Part shown: in pieces, positions 1-9,922 of the stretch
Layout of the letters: the number at the start of each line of letters is the position of its first letter
How positions within the stretch are numbered: the first letter of the stretch is position 1
From: Terriglobia bacterium
GTDB taxonomy: Bacteria > Acidobacteriota > Terriglobia > 20CM-2-55-15
Assembly: GCA_965198225.1 (NCBI GenBank)
Contig: CBDAOY010000009.1
Coordinates: forward strand, 832,001 to 896,000
Direction of reading: 5' to 3'
DNA: 64,000 nt
Program-made: the position numbers and the translations under genes
The notes under the pieces: generated by a model
Database searches by the model: none
The model's input: only the letters and a program-made list of their open reading frames with translations
Told to the model about the DNA's origin: nothing

Positions 1-180
1 TAGAAGGCATTTAATGGCGGTCAAAGGATATGGCTCGAAGGGGGAACCGCCTCCAAAAACAACGCGGATTCTTTTGCTCTGCTTCCGGAGAGGAGGCCAC
101 GCTGAACCGTATTCTCAGGTAGGCTCACGGGGACCCAAACGCAGGCGTCAAAGCAACGACCTCACAATGCTACATCCGGG

Positions 181-1033
181 TCAAAGCGAATCTATTTGTT
201 GAGCCAGGTCCGGCCAGGTGCCGTCGAGTAAGGTCTGGATCGGCCCAAGGACTCGTTCCGGAGCTTCGATCCAGGGCGCATGAGCGACATTGTCGAGGGC
301 CAGAAGCCGGGCATTCGGAAGCGGCATCGCCCATTCCCTCGCACCACCGTACGGCGAGCTCCGATCCTTCGTGCCATGGACTATCAGGACCGGCATGTTC
401 ACCTGGGCAAGTTCCTCTGCCGTTGGGCTGGCACTTTGGATCGAAGGAAAGAAGATCGCAGCGATCCCAACGGATCTTGCTGGCATGTTCCGGGCTGGCG
501 AGATAAATCACTCGAAGCAGCGACCAAAACCTACTACAGAATTCCTGTGGGCGCAGCGATTGACGTTCCTGCTGGAGTTGGGTCGCTTTCACAAGAAAGT
601 CCTGGAGGGTCCGGTCGGCACCGGACAGATGCGCCGGGTAGTGCGTGCTTTCGTTCGGCTTCATGGCACCGATTTGAACGACGTGGTTTACGTGAGCACG
701 GTGTTTTCCGGCATAAAGGGCCGCCGTCTTTCCCGCGTAAGAGTGTGCGAGCAAATCAACCTGATTGGCGCCGAAATGCCGACGAACCGCTTCTACGTCA
801 TCAAGGTCGTTGTGGATGCCTCTCCTTAGCTTTGACCTTTCGGTGAGGAAATTCGAGCGGCCGCGATTACGCAAGTCGCGAAAAATGATCGTCCGCCCCT
901 CCCCGAGATACTTGAAGTCAGCGAACAGATAAAACCCGTTGAGGACAATCAGCGTCCTCGAGCCATCCCCTACTTTCTGAAAGAAGAAACGAACTCCACT
1001 TTCGACCGTAACGAATCCTTCAGTTGCGAACAC
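181..1033 (-). pseudogene. alpha/beta-fold hydrolase, frameshifted near 450
   Basis: N-part (ORF 170..1033) has the nucleophile elbow AHSYAG; the C-part (PVLIVHGTKD...AHAPWIEAPE) lies in another frame (ORF 181..486). Confidence 0.75.
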
Positions 1034-1359
1034 ATTCCACTCCCGTCAGAAGAAATCTCTTTCCAAGACTGTAGGAAGTTTTTTAGAAGAACAGTACCTG
1101 CCAACTCCGAGATTCGTTCTTCATGTTCTGGGGTCCGCGTTTGTGGATAAGCAGGCGGGCAAGATTCCCGGTACAACTACGCCCACTTCCGAGGGTACTG
1201 ATTAGTCTCAGCCAGTCGCCATGGACCCTCTGGGCAATCGCCAGCGCGTTTATCGGGGATGGATCCTCACTTGTCGCCAAGTGGCCAGTAATGAGCGGCT
1301 CCGGGGAACGGTAGTCCGCTGCGCCGTGACGGAGGACGAGTGTTCTGCGGATGGTGTGT

Positions 1360-2144
1360 TCAGATTGCCAGACCGCCGTCGACCTGGATGACCTGCCCGG
1401 TAATATAGGCGGCTTCTTCAGACAGGAGGATCGGTGCCTCCCAGAAACCTCTGGAAAGGCTGCCGCGAAGGCCGCACAGAAATCAAAGGTTGCGATCCGG
1501 GCGACTTCCGAGACCTGTCCGAACCGGCCCAGGGGGATCTGCTCGAGCGCTTTGTCCCGGTAGTCCTGGCGCAGGGCCGCGGTCATGTCGGTCTCGATCA
1601 ACCCCAGGGCAAGGGCGTTGACGGTGATGTTGGCTTTGGCTACTTCCTTCGCCAGGGCTTTGGTGAAGCCGATCATACCCGCCTTCGAAGCGGAGTAGTT
1701 GGCCTGACCGGGCATCCCGGTCAGGCCGCTTATCGAGGAAATATTGAGGATCGTGCCGGACCGTTGCTTCAACATTGCCGCGACAGCGGGCTTCGTGAAG
1801 TTGTAGACGCCTTTCAGGTTGGTGTCCATCACCGCATCCCAGTCGGCCTCGCTCATCCGCACCAGCAACCTGTCGCGCGTGATGCCGGCGTTGTTGACCA
1901 GAATGTCGATCCTTCCGAACCTGGACCGGATCTCTTTGACTGTTTCGGCGGCACGCGCGCTGTCGGCCGCGTCTGCTTCGAAAGCGACGATCCTGTCGCC
2001 GTCGGCAATCTCATCGGCGAGCGTCTTGTTGTGGGCGTAGGTGAACGCAACTTGAGCACCCGCGTCTGCGATGGCTTCGACGATGGAGCGCCCGATGCCG
2101 CGCGTTCCACCGGTCACGATGGCAACTTTACCGGATAACGACAT
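1360..2144 (-). pseudogene. fabG: 3-oxoacyl-ACP reductase (SDR) with a 56-bp frameshifting insertion at 1430..1485
   Basis: TGGTRGIG, NNAGITRD and YSASK motifs; removing 1430..1485 restores the typical end FLLSEEAAYITGQVIQVDGGLAI-stop. Confidence 0.85.
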
Positions 2145-2164
2145 GGCAGGATTGTAGCAGACCG

Positions 2165-2563
2165 TTAGAGGGCGAGGACTCTGGCCGTTGTGTCGATCAG
2201 CTTCTGGCGGGAAAATGGCTTGGCGATGAAATCGGAGGCGCCGAGTCGCTCACCGAGTCCGCTGGAGTCGACATCCGAGTATGCCGAGATGATGACGAAA
2301 CGGACGTTGGGTTTTCGGTCCTTGAGGTCGGACAACAGGTCGAGTCCAGTCTTGCCCGGCATACGAAGATCGCTGATGACGAGATCAAAGTCGGTCTCGG
2401 TCGCCAGATCCAGGGCCTGTATTCCATCTCCGACGATTTCGACGCGGTAGCCCGCCCTTTCGAGCACTCTCTGGATCGCACTCCGGCTGGAGGGGTCGTC
2501 GTCGGCCACGAGTATGCTTGGCGTGTGATTCTTCACGTCGTCTTCGTGCATGGATTCATCCAT
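2165..2563 (-). CDS. single-domain response regulator (receiver)
   Basis: ILVADDD, DLVISDLRMPG and KPF motifs. Confidence 0.9.
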   Translation of the reverse strand: MDESMHEDDVKNHTPSILVADDDPSSRSAIQRVLERAGYRVEIVGDGIQALDLATETDFDLVISDLRMPGKTGLDLLSDLKDRKPNVRFVIISAYSDVDSSGLGERLGASDFIAKPFSRQKLIDTTARVLAL

Positions 2564-3433
2564 TCAGAAACGTAGGGTCAGGATCGGCGAACCTGACTTC
2601 TCCAGGACCTTTTCGGTATTGCTGCCGACGAGGTGTTTCTGCAGGCGGCCGTGCTCGTGGACGCCGAGCACGATCACATCGGCACGAGTTTCCTCTGCTA
2701 CCCGCGTGATGGCCGCGCTGGGCGATCCCACTTCAACGATCCTGTGGACGTCCGGGTCGGCGATGAATTGGTCGGGCGTCATGTTGACCAACTGGTTCGA
2801 TGCCCATTCGCGCATGCGCTCGACGGCGTTGGAGAAATGAGCCTGCCGGATGGCGAACTCGACGGCCTTCGTCATTTCGATCACGTAGAGCACGTGGAGC
2901 GTTGCACCCAGCGATTGCCTCAGCGCGAACGCGTAGTCGACCACCTTCTGGGATCGGGGAGAGAAGTCTGTCGCCACGAGGATCCGCTGGATCCTTCCGC
3001 TCTTATCCCCGTTCGGTTCGGCGACTGGTATCGCGAATACCGGTTGCGTGCCTTCCTCGATGACCTTCGAGGTGACCGTCCCGCCCGCAGGCCCCATCAC
3101 TATCAGATCGACCATCTCCAGTTCGGCGGCGGCCCGGATTTCGGGCGCCGGTTTGCCCTTCGAGATGAGCTTTCGGAGTCGGAGTCCCTGTACCCGGTCT
3201 TGCGGGACGATCCTCTGCATCTCCGTGTCCACGTACACGTCGAGGTGTTTCTGCAGTTCGTGGAGGTCAAAGATCGTCGTCCAGTGCGGCATACGCTCGA
3301 AATAGTCACTGACGACGTGCTGGACGATGATCTCCCCCTCATGGAGGTCGGCCAGCCGCAGAGCGTGTGCCAGAGCGCAACTGGCCCCAGGCGAAAAATC
3401 CGTCGGAAACAGGATTGTCTTGAATAGCGACAA
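2564..3433 (-). CDS. tandem-domain universal stress protein
   Basis: FKTILFPTDFS and RILVATDFS...GSNTEKVL; TTG start at 3433 chosen from the domain boundary. Confidence 0.88.
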   Translation of the reverse strand: MSLFKTILFPTDFSPGASCALAHALRLADLHEGEIIVQHVVSDYFERMPHWTTIFDLHELQKHLDVYVDTEMQRIVPQDRVQGLRLRKLISKGKPAPEIRAAAELEMVDLIVMGPAGGTVTSKVIEEGTQPVFAIPVAEPNGDKSGRIQRILVATDFSPRSQKVVDYAFALRQSLGATLHVLYVIEMTKAVEFAIRQAHFSNAVERMREWASNQLVNMTPDQFIADPDVHRIVEVGSPSAAITRVAEETRADVIVLGVHEHGRLQKHLVGSNTEKVLEKSGSPILTLRF

Positions 3434-3480
3434 CGTTTCGACTCCCGGCCCTCCGGGGCCCTCTGGGTTGAATACCGGAG

Positions 3481-3496
3481 TGCACGTGAGATGCCC
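3481..3496 (-). promoter_or_regulatory. putative sigma54 -24/-12 promoter for the USP gene
   Basis: minus strand GGGCATCTCACGTGCA, GG-N10-GC spacing, about 50 nt upstream of the start. Confidence 0.45.
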
Positions 3497-3825
3497 ACCA
3501 GCTAACTCACACCTGTTATTAGGCTTAGATTTCCGGGAGCCGCATCCTCGAGTGAGGGTTCTTGCAAAGTTGGCAAAATACCCCATACCCGCCGATCCTC
3601 CAACGTCCGTTTTGACAATCCGGGGACAGGCGGTGCTGTTGCTAGTGATCGAGTGAGAAGTGACGAGTGACAAGTCGGAACAGAAGTCTTGAGGCAGATT
3701 TAATTGTCTGGTAGTCAGCAGTCAGGTCGGGACGACAGGCTGTCGTCTACTAGCTCTTGAGTGTTCTTATCTTACTCGTCACTTGTCACTTCCCCGATGA
3801 CGGCCTACGGATAACGGCCTACGAC

Positions 3826-5088
3826 CTACGGCCCCAGCCCCAGCTGCCGCACTATCTCTGGATCCTGCTCCTCGATCGCCAACATTTCGTGGCACGCGAA
3901 GCAGTCCTGGTCGATGGTTTCACCCGCTTCGGTCTGGTGAAGGTAGTCGTGGCATCGGAAGCATCCCGGGTAGGCCTCATGACCGATGTTGTCCGGGTAC
4001 GTTCCCCAGGTGATGTTAAGTTCCGGGAACACATTCGCCTCCCGAATCTCCGCAATCACATCACTGCCCGAAGGGAAATCCCCGCCGCTGTCGATAGCCC
4101 GGAGAGCGTCCCGCTTCGCGAAAGGCGTCGAGACGTCGATCCGACCTTCCGCCATCACTCGGTCCAGCGCCTGTTCGGGCAGCTCGAACCGGTGGGCCGC
4201 CCGGTTGTGGCAGTCCAGACAATCCATCTTTTGAGGTAGGGCATCGGGGACATCTCCGGAGACGTACTCCCTTCCCTCCAGCGACACCCAGGGGATCACC
4301 CGACGCGTGTTGTCTTCGGGTATGTAGAGAATGTTCCTGCCGACGTGCGCCCGATGGATGGCGGAATCGATGCGCATAAGAAGGAGCGTGATCGTCGGTG
4401 TGTTCTTCTCGTCGTCCGAGTAGTGGCGGATGAGCCGGAGCTGGTCACCCTGCGTCTGCCCCCTCCAGTGGCAGTTGTCGCAGGCCGCTGCTACCGGTGC
4501 TCGATTCGCTTCGGTGATTCGCATCGGACGTTGGTAGGAATCAAACGTGACGCCGAGAAGCCGCGTCGTACCGGAAACCTTGGCCTGGATGAATGAACCG
4601 GGTCCCGGGCCGACATGGCACTGAACGCAGGCCACCTCGGCGTGTGGGGACTCCTTATGGGCCTCGTAGTGCGGCGTCATGACCGCGTGGCACACCGTAC
4701 CGCAGAACTCATCTGAGTCCAGGTACTCGAGGCCTTCGTATGTGGCCGCCGACATCAGGGCGATGTTGACGAGAGTCGCTGCCAGGATAACGCCGGCGAG
4801 GCGACCCACGCGCCCCGCGTCCCACCGGGATGATTCGATCGCTGCGCGGTATCCACCAAGCTGTCGGGACCGGAGAAGAAGCCCGAGAGGGATCAGCGAC
4901 AGGCCGATCATGAACAGCGTCGGGACAACCAGGAATATGAGCAGACCGTAGTACGGATTCGTGAAGGCCTGAAAGCCAAGCCCGAGAAAGACCATGGCTG
5001 AAGCGCTCGTAAGGACGACACCGAACGTTGCGAGCCAGTGGCAGAAGAACAGCCCGAGGAGGTTCTGGTAGACAGTTCGTTCAGACAT
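3826..5088 (-). CDS. membrane-anchored NapC/NirT-family multiheme cytochrome c (6 heme motifs)
   Basis: three N-terminal hydrophobic helices; CGTVCH, CVQCH, CDNCH, CLDCH, CFRCH, CFACH. Confidence 0.88.
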   Translation of the reverse strand: MSERTVYQNLLGLFFCHWLATFGVVLTSASAMVFLGLGFQAFTNPYYGLLIFLVVPTLFMIGLSLIPLGLLLRSRQLGGYRAAIESSRWDAGRVGRLAGVILAATLVNIALMSAATYEGLEYLDSDEFCGTVCHAVMTPHYEAHKESPHAEVACVQCHVGPGPGSFIQAKVSGTTRLLGVTFDSYQRPMRITEANRAPVAAACDNCHWRGQTQGDQLRLIRHYSDDEKNTPTITLLLMRIDSAIHRAHVGRNILYIPEDNTRRVIPWVSLEGREYVSGDVPDALPQKMDCLDCHNRAAHRFELPEQALDRVMAEGRIDVSTPFAKRDALRAIDSGGDFPSGSDVIAEIREANVFPELNITWGTYPDNIGHEAYPGCFRCHDYLHQTEAGETIDQDCFACHEMLAIEEQDPEIVRQLGLGP

Positions 5089-5093
5089 TGAAG

Positions 5094-5329
5094 GTCAGGG
5101 ACTTGTAGGTGCGGTCTATGACCGCACACTGTCGCGGAAGCGATTCTCTGTGCGCTCTATCAAACTGTGAACGACTGCGATGCTCAAGTGTAGGTGCGCT
5201 CTATGAGCGCACAAATGACCGCGGAACCACAAGTTGTGCGGTCATAGACCGCACCTACACGTGAAAAGCCCCGCCACTCGATTCTCCTACACAAGCGATT
5301 GAGTCCAAGCAAGTTCTCGCGTGTTAAAC
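5094..5329. repeat. composite REP cluster (GTAG-type palindromes), copy A
   Basis: TGTAGGTGCG(G/C)TCTATGA(C/G)CGCACA at 5104, 5189 and inverted at 5235; flanking blocks are shared with 9457..9890. Confidence 0.85.
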
Positions 5330-5330
5330 C

Positions 5331-6746
5331 CTAGTCGCCCGGTCCTTCGGCTACGACTTCAGGATCCGGGAGTTCCTGCTTCTGACGATCTCCCTGCTCC
5401 CGGCGTTCCAGGTGGCGATAGATGGTCCGGGTCGCGATACCGAGCAGCCGTGCCGCCATGTTCTTGTCTCCGCGAGTGTGCTGCAGCGTGATGTCGATGG
5501 CCTGCCTCTCGAGTTCTCGAATCGGTGTTCCGACTTTGAAGGTGAGGGAATGTTGGGTCTCCGCGAACGCTGAAACGTTGTGAGGCAACACCGACAGGGG
5601 AACTCGCTCGCCGTTGGTGAACACGACCGCCCTCTCGATGGCGTTTTCCAACTCGCGGACGTTGCCCGGCCAATCGTAAGAGGTCAATGCGAGCAGCGCG
5701 TCTTCTGAGAAGCCTTCGATGTATTTCTGGTTCTTATCGGAATACATCTTCAGGAAGTGCATCGCCAGCAGCGGGATGTCTTCTTTCCGGGCCCGAAGCG
5801 GCGGAACGTCCAGGCGGATCACGTTGAGCCTGTAAAAGAGGTCCTCCCTGAAGAGGTGATCTTCGACTTCCTTCTGGAGATCCTTGTTCGTTGCCGCAAT
5901 GATGCGGACGTCCGTATCGATCGTTCTGGTGCCTCCCAGGCGTTCGATCTTGCCGTCCTGGAGAACTCGCAGCAGTTTCACCTGGACCGCCGGCGTTACT
6001 TCCCCGATCTCGTCCAGGAAGAGCGTTCCTCCGTTGGCGAGCTCAAAGCGACCGTCCTTTCGGGCGTGAGCACCGGTAAAGGCGCCCTTCTCGTGCCCGA
6101 AGAGCTCGTCTTCCAGCAGGGTTTCCGGCAGGGCCGCGCAACTGACCTTGACCAGGGGTTTGTCGCAGCGCGGCGACGCGCCATGTATCGCGTCGGCGAC
6201 CACTTCTTTACCCGTTCCGCTGTCTCCGGTGATGAGAACCGTTGCCGTGCTCGGTGCCACCTGCTCGACCATGGGCGAGATCCTGCGCATCTCAGCGCTC
6301 CCGAATATCATTTTTCGTGACGCTTGCTGGGTGAGCTGAGATCGTAATTCTTTGTTCTCGCGGGAGAGGAACTGCTTCTCGGCGGCCTTCTCGACGAGAT
6401 GCTGCAGCTGGGCCTTTTTGATCGGCTTGGTGATGAAATCGTAGGCGCCCTCTTTGATCGCCTCGACGGCGACTTCGACGGTGCCGTAGCCCGTAATGAG
6501 GATGACTTCGACTTCGGGATAGGCGGCCTTGGTCCGCTTCAACAGTTCGACGCCATCGATGACCGGCAGGCGAAGGTCGGTGACCATGATGTCGACTTTC
6601 TTTCCCATAACATGGTCGAGCGCGTCTTGCCCATTGTCGGCTTCAAGCGTTTCGTATCCTTCGTTTTGAAGGATGCGAAACATCGCCTTGCGGTTTTCGA
6701 GGTCGTCTTCGACGACGAGTACGGTCGGTGACTTACGAATATTCAT
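5331..6746 (-). CDS. NtrC/AtoC-family sigma54-dependent response regulator
   Basis: REC domain, GDSGTGKE Walker A, GAFTGA, WPGNVREL, C-terminal Fis-type HTH. Confidence 0.95.
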   Translation of the reverse strand: MNIRKSPTVLVVEDDLENRKAMFRILQNEGYETLEADNGQDALDHVMGKKVDIMVTDLRLPVIDGVELLKRTKAAYPEVEVILITGYGTVEVAVEAIKEGAYDFITKPIKKAQLQHLVEKAAEKQFLSRENKELRSQLTQQASRKMIFGSAEMRRISPMVEQVAPSTATVLITGDSGTGKEVVADAIHGASPRCDKPLVKVSCAALPETLLEDELFGHEKGAFTGAHARKDGRFELANGGTLFLDEIGEVTPAVQVKLLRVLQDGKIERLGGTRTIDTDVRIIAATNKDLQKEVEDHLFREDLFYRLNVIRLDVPPLRARKEDIPLLAMHFLKMYSDKNQKYIEGFSEDALLALTSYDWPGNVRELENAIERAVVFTNGERVPLSVLPHNVSAFAETQHSLTFKVGTPIRELERQAIDITLQHTRGDKNMAARLLGIATRTIYRHLERREQGDRQKQELPDPEVVAEGPGD

Positions 6747-7882
6747 AATGGTAGATAGATCGAGAAGGTGGAGCCTTTTCCGGGTTGGCTCTCCACCTGG
6801 ATATGTCCATTGTGCTCGAACACGATTTGCTGGGTCGTCGCCAGCCCGAGGCCGGTTCCGTTGGCCTTGGTTGTAAAGAAGGGATCAAACAGCGTCGCCT
6901 GGACTTCCTGGGAAATTCCCCGGCCGTCGTCTTTCACGCGGATTGCCAGGAATCGGTCGATCACATCAGTCTCGACTCGGACCTCCCCGCTGCCGTCAAT
7001 CGCTTCCATGGCGTTTCGGACAAGGTTGTCCAGCGCCTGCCGGATAAGCCGATTGTCGAACCATATCTCCGGGCTGGGCGTTGTAAGACCCGTTAAGAGC
7101 CGGACGCCGTTAGGGGCGGCGAAGCTTTCCGAGAGCTCCGTTATGACATCGTCGATTCGGCCCTTCGTAGGATGGGGCTTGGGGAACCTCGAAAACTGGA
7201 GATACTCGCCCACGATACCGTTGAGGCGGTCCAACTCGCGAAGCACCGACCGGATCAGATTCGGCGCGTCGCCGTTTGTTTCGTTGACCTCGTCCTCGAT
7301 CATTTCCACGTTGAGAGAGATCGAGCTGAGTGGATTCCTCACCTCGTGGGCAATCTGGGATGCGAACTTGCCGATCGTGGCAAGACGCTCGCTCTGGACC
7401 AGGCGTTCTTCCATCGTTCGGAGATCGGCGCAGTCGCGGAAGACCTGCACCATCCGGTCCTCGCCCTCACTCGGGACGGGCGACATCGAGACCTGGACGA
7501 GTTTCTTCGTCCCGTTCGTGCTCTTCATCAATGCGGGACGCTCCCGGAGACGGCCCACACTGCGTGCTACACCGACGAGCTCATCGCATGCGGTCGGAAG
7601 GGCGTAGAAGTCCCGGGCCGGTTTGCCCCTTAACTCCATCGTCGGGGAGCCCAGGATTTGTTCGGCGGCCGGGTTGCAGTCGAGGATGACGCCCTCTTCG
7701 GAGACGACCATCATTCCCTCGTGCTGGCAACTCATACACTGGGAAACCTGGGTCAGGGATTCTTGCCTCGCGGCATCGCTCTCCACGAGCTGCATTCGTC
7801 TCTTTAAGCTGGATAGCTGTACGAACGCCACTACGGCCAGAGACGAAGCCAGGAGCGTCGATGCGATAAGCAGCCCAGTCAC
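6743..7882 (-). CDS. PAS-domain sensor histidine kinase
   Basis: N-terminal TM, PAS-like region, IAHEVRNPL H-box, FFTTK and GTGLGL; 4-nt overlap with the regulator. Confidence 0.93.
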   Translation of the reverse strand: MTGLLIASTLLASSLAVVAFVQLSSLKRRMQLVESDAARQESLTQVSQCMSCQHEGMMVVSEEGVILDCNPAAEQILGSPTMELRGKPARDFYALPTACDELVGVARSVGRLRERPALMKSTNGTKKLVQVSMSPVPSEGEDRMVQVFRDCADLRTMEERLVQSERLATIGKFASQIAHEVRNPLSSISLNVEMIEDEVNETNGDAPNLIRSVLRELDRLNGIVGEYLQFSRFPKPHPTKGRIDDVITELSESFAAPNGVRLLTGLTTPSPEIWFDNRLIRQALDNLVRNAMEAIDGSGEVRVETDVIDRFLAIRVKDDGRGISQEVQATLFDPFFTTKANGTGLGLATTQQIVFEHNGHIQVESQPGKGSTFSIYLPL

Positions 7883-7907
7883 TATAATTTCTCCAAACGG
7901 CTCAATG

Positions 7908-7922
7908 GCAATTTCCGTGCCA
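7908..7922 (-). promoter_or_regulatory. sigma54 -24/-12 promoter for the kinase-regulator operon
   Basis: minus strand TGGCACGGAAATTGC, matching consensus TGGCAC-N5-TTGC. Confidence 0.8.
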
Positions 7923-8188
7923 AATTGTCAGTAGAATGCGATCCATTAGCATTTTGTCACAACCACAAGGGATCTTCGTCCGCTATGGCACACGAAGAAA
8001 CCGTGCATGGCCACGGATTTGTGTCCGGGCGGGGTTTTTGATGCCGAATTGGCGTTCGAGGCGGGTTGCCCCAGAAAAACGACGACAGAGTGGCACAAAT
8101 GGACGGAACAAGCCGGCGACGACTTCAAAAAACGTCAAGAATCGCGCCCAAACGGGTCCAGCAGCTACTGCGGGCCGGCCTTTTCGCC

Positions 8189-9376
8189 TCAGAGAGCGAC
8201 GCGAGGCACGAGGCGGCTGTTGAGGAATTCGATCAGGTCGCGCATCTCGTCCCCGTCGAACACCGGCCACTCCAGGTTGCGGCTTTCCAATGCGCGCAGC
8301 ATAGCGGGTCCGTGATTCCACAACGAACGCGTCATCGTGATCGGTGAGTATCGTTCCGTGCTTTGAGTCAGGTCCGGCGCCCCTGTTGCCTCCCGCGCCT
8401 GTTCGTGGCAGGTTCCGCACTTCTTGGCAGCGTATATCCGGCGGCCGTCCTCGGCATCGCCTCTCTCGGAGAAGTATCGACGCGCGAAGAGGTACGCGAC
8501 GAGGTGCGTCATGGAGCCGTCCTCCAGACGCGGTAGGGGATCTGTGCCTGCGTCGCGCATCAACGGGGCATGGTTCCACATGTAGGTCGCGTAGCCGGTG
8601 AGGGTCCGCGGCCCCGGTCGTCCGAGCAGATCCACCCGGTTCTGCAGCGGCCCGCCGAAGCTGTGGCAGGATTCGCAACTGGATTCGAACAGCGCCTGGC
8701 CCTGCTCGGGTTCTCCGGGCTGGAAGCTTGCCATCTCGGAACGGGCGGAGGGCAGGTTGCGGAGGTACACGAGCAGGTCGACCATCTCTTGTGGCGCCAA
8801 CTCGGGCCACGGGATGGAGGACTCCTGCATCGTTTCAAACATCCGCTCGGAGTGGTTCCACATCCGTTCGGCCCACGCAAGTGGATCTCGGACCCGCGCC
8901 CAGGAAGACACCGGCGGACCGGCTTTGCTCCGATCTCCGGGCGCCCGCACATCGTGACACGCTCCGCAACTACGGCTCACAAAAACCCTCCGCCCCCGAC
9001 CCGCGTCGCCCGGAATACTGAAGTACAGTTGCGAATAGAAGAACGAAAAGAGGTCCGCAGTTTCCGCGGAACTCAACGAAGGGATGTTTTGTCCCGATTC
9101 AGCCATGGCCGCCCACATCTCCGGCCCATGGTTCCACATCACGCTTGCGAGGAGGTCTGGTGTGTACCGCCGTATGGAGCGTCGAGCCAGGTCGGGCGCA
9201 GCCGAGCCGCCTCGACCGTCAATCGAGTGGCACCGGATGCATCCTTTGTCGTCGAAAAGCTGTTCGCCGCGACGGGCGCTTCCCGGTAGGACTTCGATTT
9301 GAGCCAGGGCGGGAGTCGAATTCAGCAGTACTGCCATGCTGAATAAGGCCAACAAACTCCGCTCGAAAATCTTCAT
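8189..9376 (-). CDS. periplasmic tetraheme cytochrome c (four tandem class-I-like domains)
   Basis: signal peptide ending PALA-Q; CIRCH, CGACH, CESCH, CGTCH, each followed by (M/L)WNH. Confidence 0.88.
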   Translation of the reverse strand: MKIFERSLLALFSMAVLLNSTPALAQIEVLPGSARRGEQLFDDKGCIRCHSIDGRGGSAAPDLARRSIRRYTPDLLASVMWNHGPEMWAAMAESGQNIPSLSSAETADLFSFFYSQLYFSIPGDAGRGRRVFVSRSCGACHDVRAPGDRSKAGPPVSSWARVRDPLAWAERMWNHSERMFETMQESSIPWPELAPQEMVDLLVYLRNLPSARSEMASFQPGEPEQGQALFESSCESCHSFGGPLQNRVDLLGRPGPRTLTGYATYMWNHAPLMRDAGTDPLPRLEDGSMTHLVAYLFARRYFSERGDAEDGRRIYAAKKCGTCHEQAREATGAPDLTQSTERYSPITMTRSLWNHGPAMLRALESRNLEWPVFDGDEMRDLIEFLNSRLVPRVAL

Positions 9377-9456
9377 CCCAGGACCCCCTTTCTTCCTTCT
9401 CAAAAGGCTGCACGTTCAGTGCCGGAACCCCTTATCCCGCGTTTCTGGCGAACGTC

Positions 9457-9890
9457 GTCAGGAATTTGTAGGTGCGGTCTATGACCGCACAACTTGTCAT
9501 TCAGCGACCATTTCGTGCGCTCTATCAAGCTGTGAACGAATGTCACTAGTTGGAGAATCGGGTGGCGGGGCTTTTTACCAAGAACCTCCGACTCCCAAGT
9601 GTAGGTGCGCTCTATTAGCGGAACCATCTATTAGCGTCGGGCCCACCGTCCCCCTCACGACGAAAGACTGAGTGTTCACGGACCGACTTGCAGTGCGCGG
9701 GTTCGCGCAGAAAGACAGTTGGTCCGGTCCCCCCACGCCAGCCTTGACCAGAGCGTTGTGCGGTCATAGACCGCACCTACACGTGAGAAGCCCCGTCACC
9801 CGATTCTCCGTTCCCATGATTTTGTTCACAGCTTGATAGAGTGCACCTACACAAGCGATTGAGCCGAGCTAAGTTCTCCAGTGTGCAAAC
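9457..9890. repeat. composite REP cluster, copy B
   Basis: REP palindromes at 9467, 9600, 9758 and 9832; blocks CCTACACGTGA.AAGCCCCG and CCTACACAAGCGATTGAG are shared with copy A. Confidence 0.85.
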
Positions 9891-9922
9891 ACGGCAGCCT
9901 GCATTTCTCAATGAAATCCAGG

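Noticed and set aside
1430-1485. fabG insertion as a group II intron remnant (contains GTGCG and ends in AT)
   Set aside because: GTGCG is 8 nt inside the boundary, removal from there does not restore the frame, and there is no domain V
5094-5329. REP clusters (also 9457..9890 and 47680..47744) as a CRISPR array
   Set aside because: Mixed orientations, irregular spacing, few units per cluster, dispersed copies, and no cas genes
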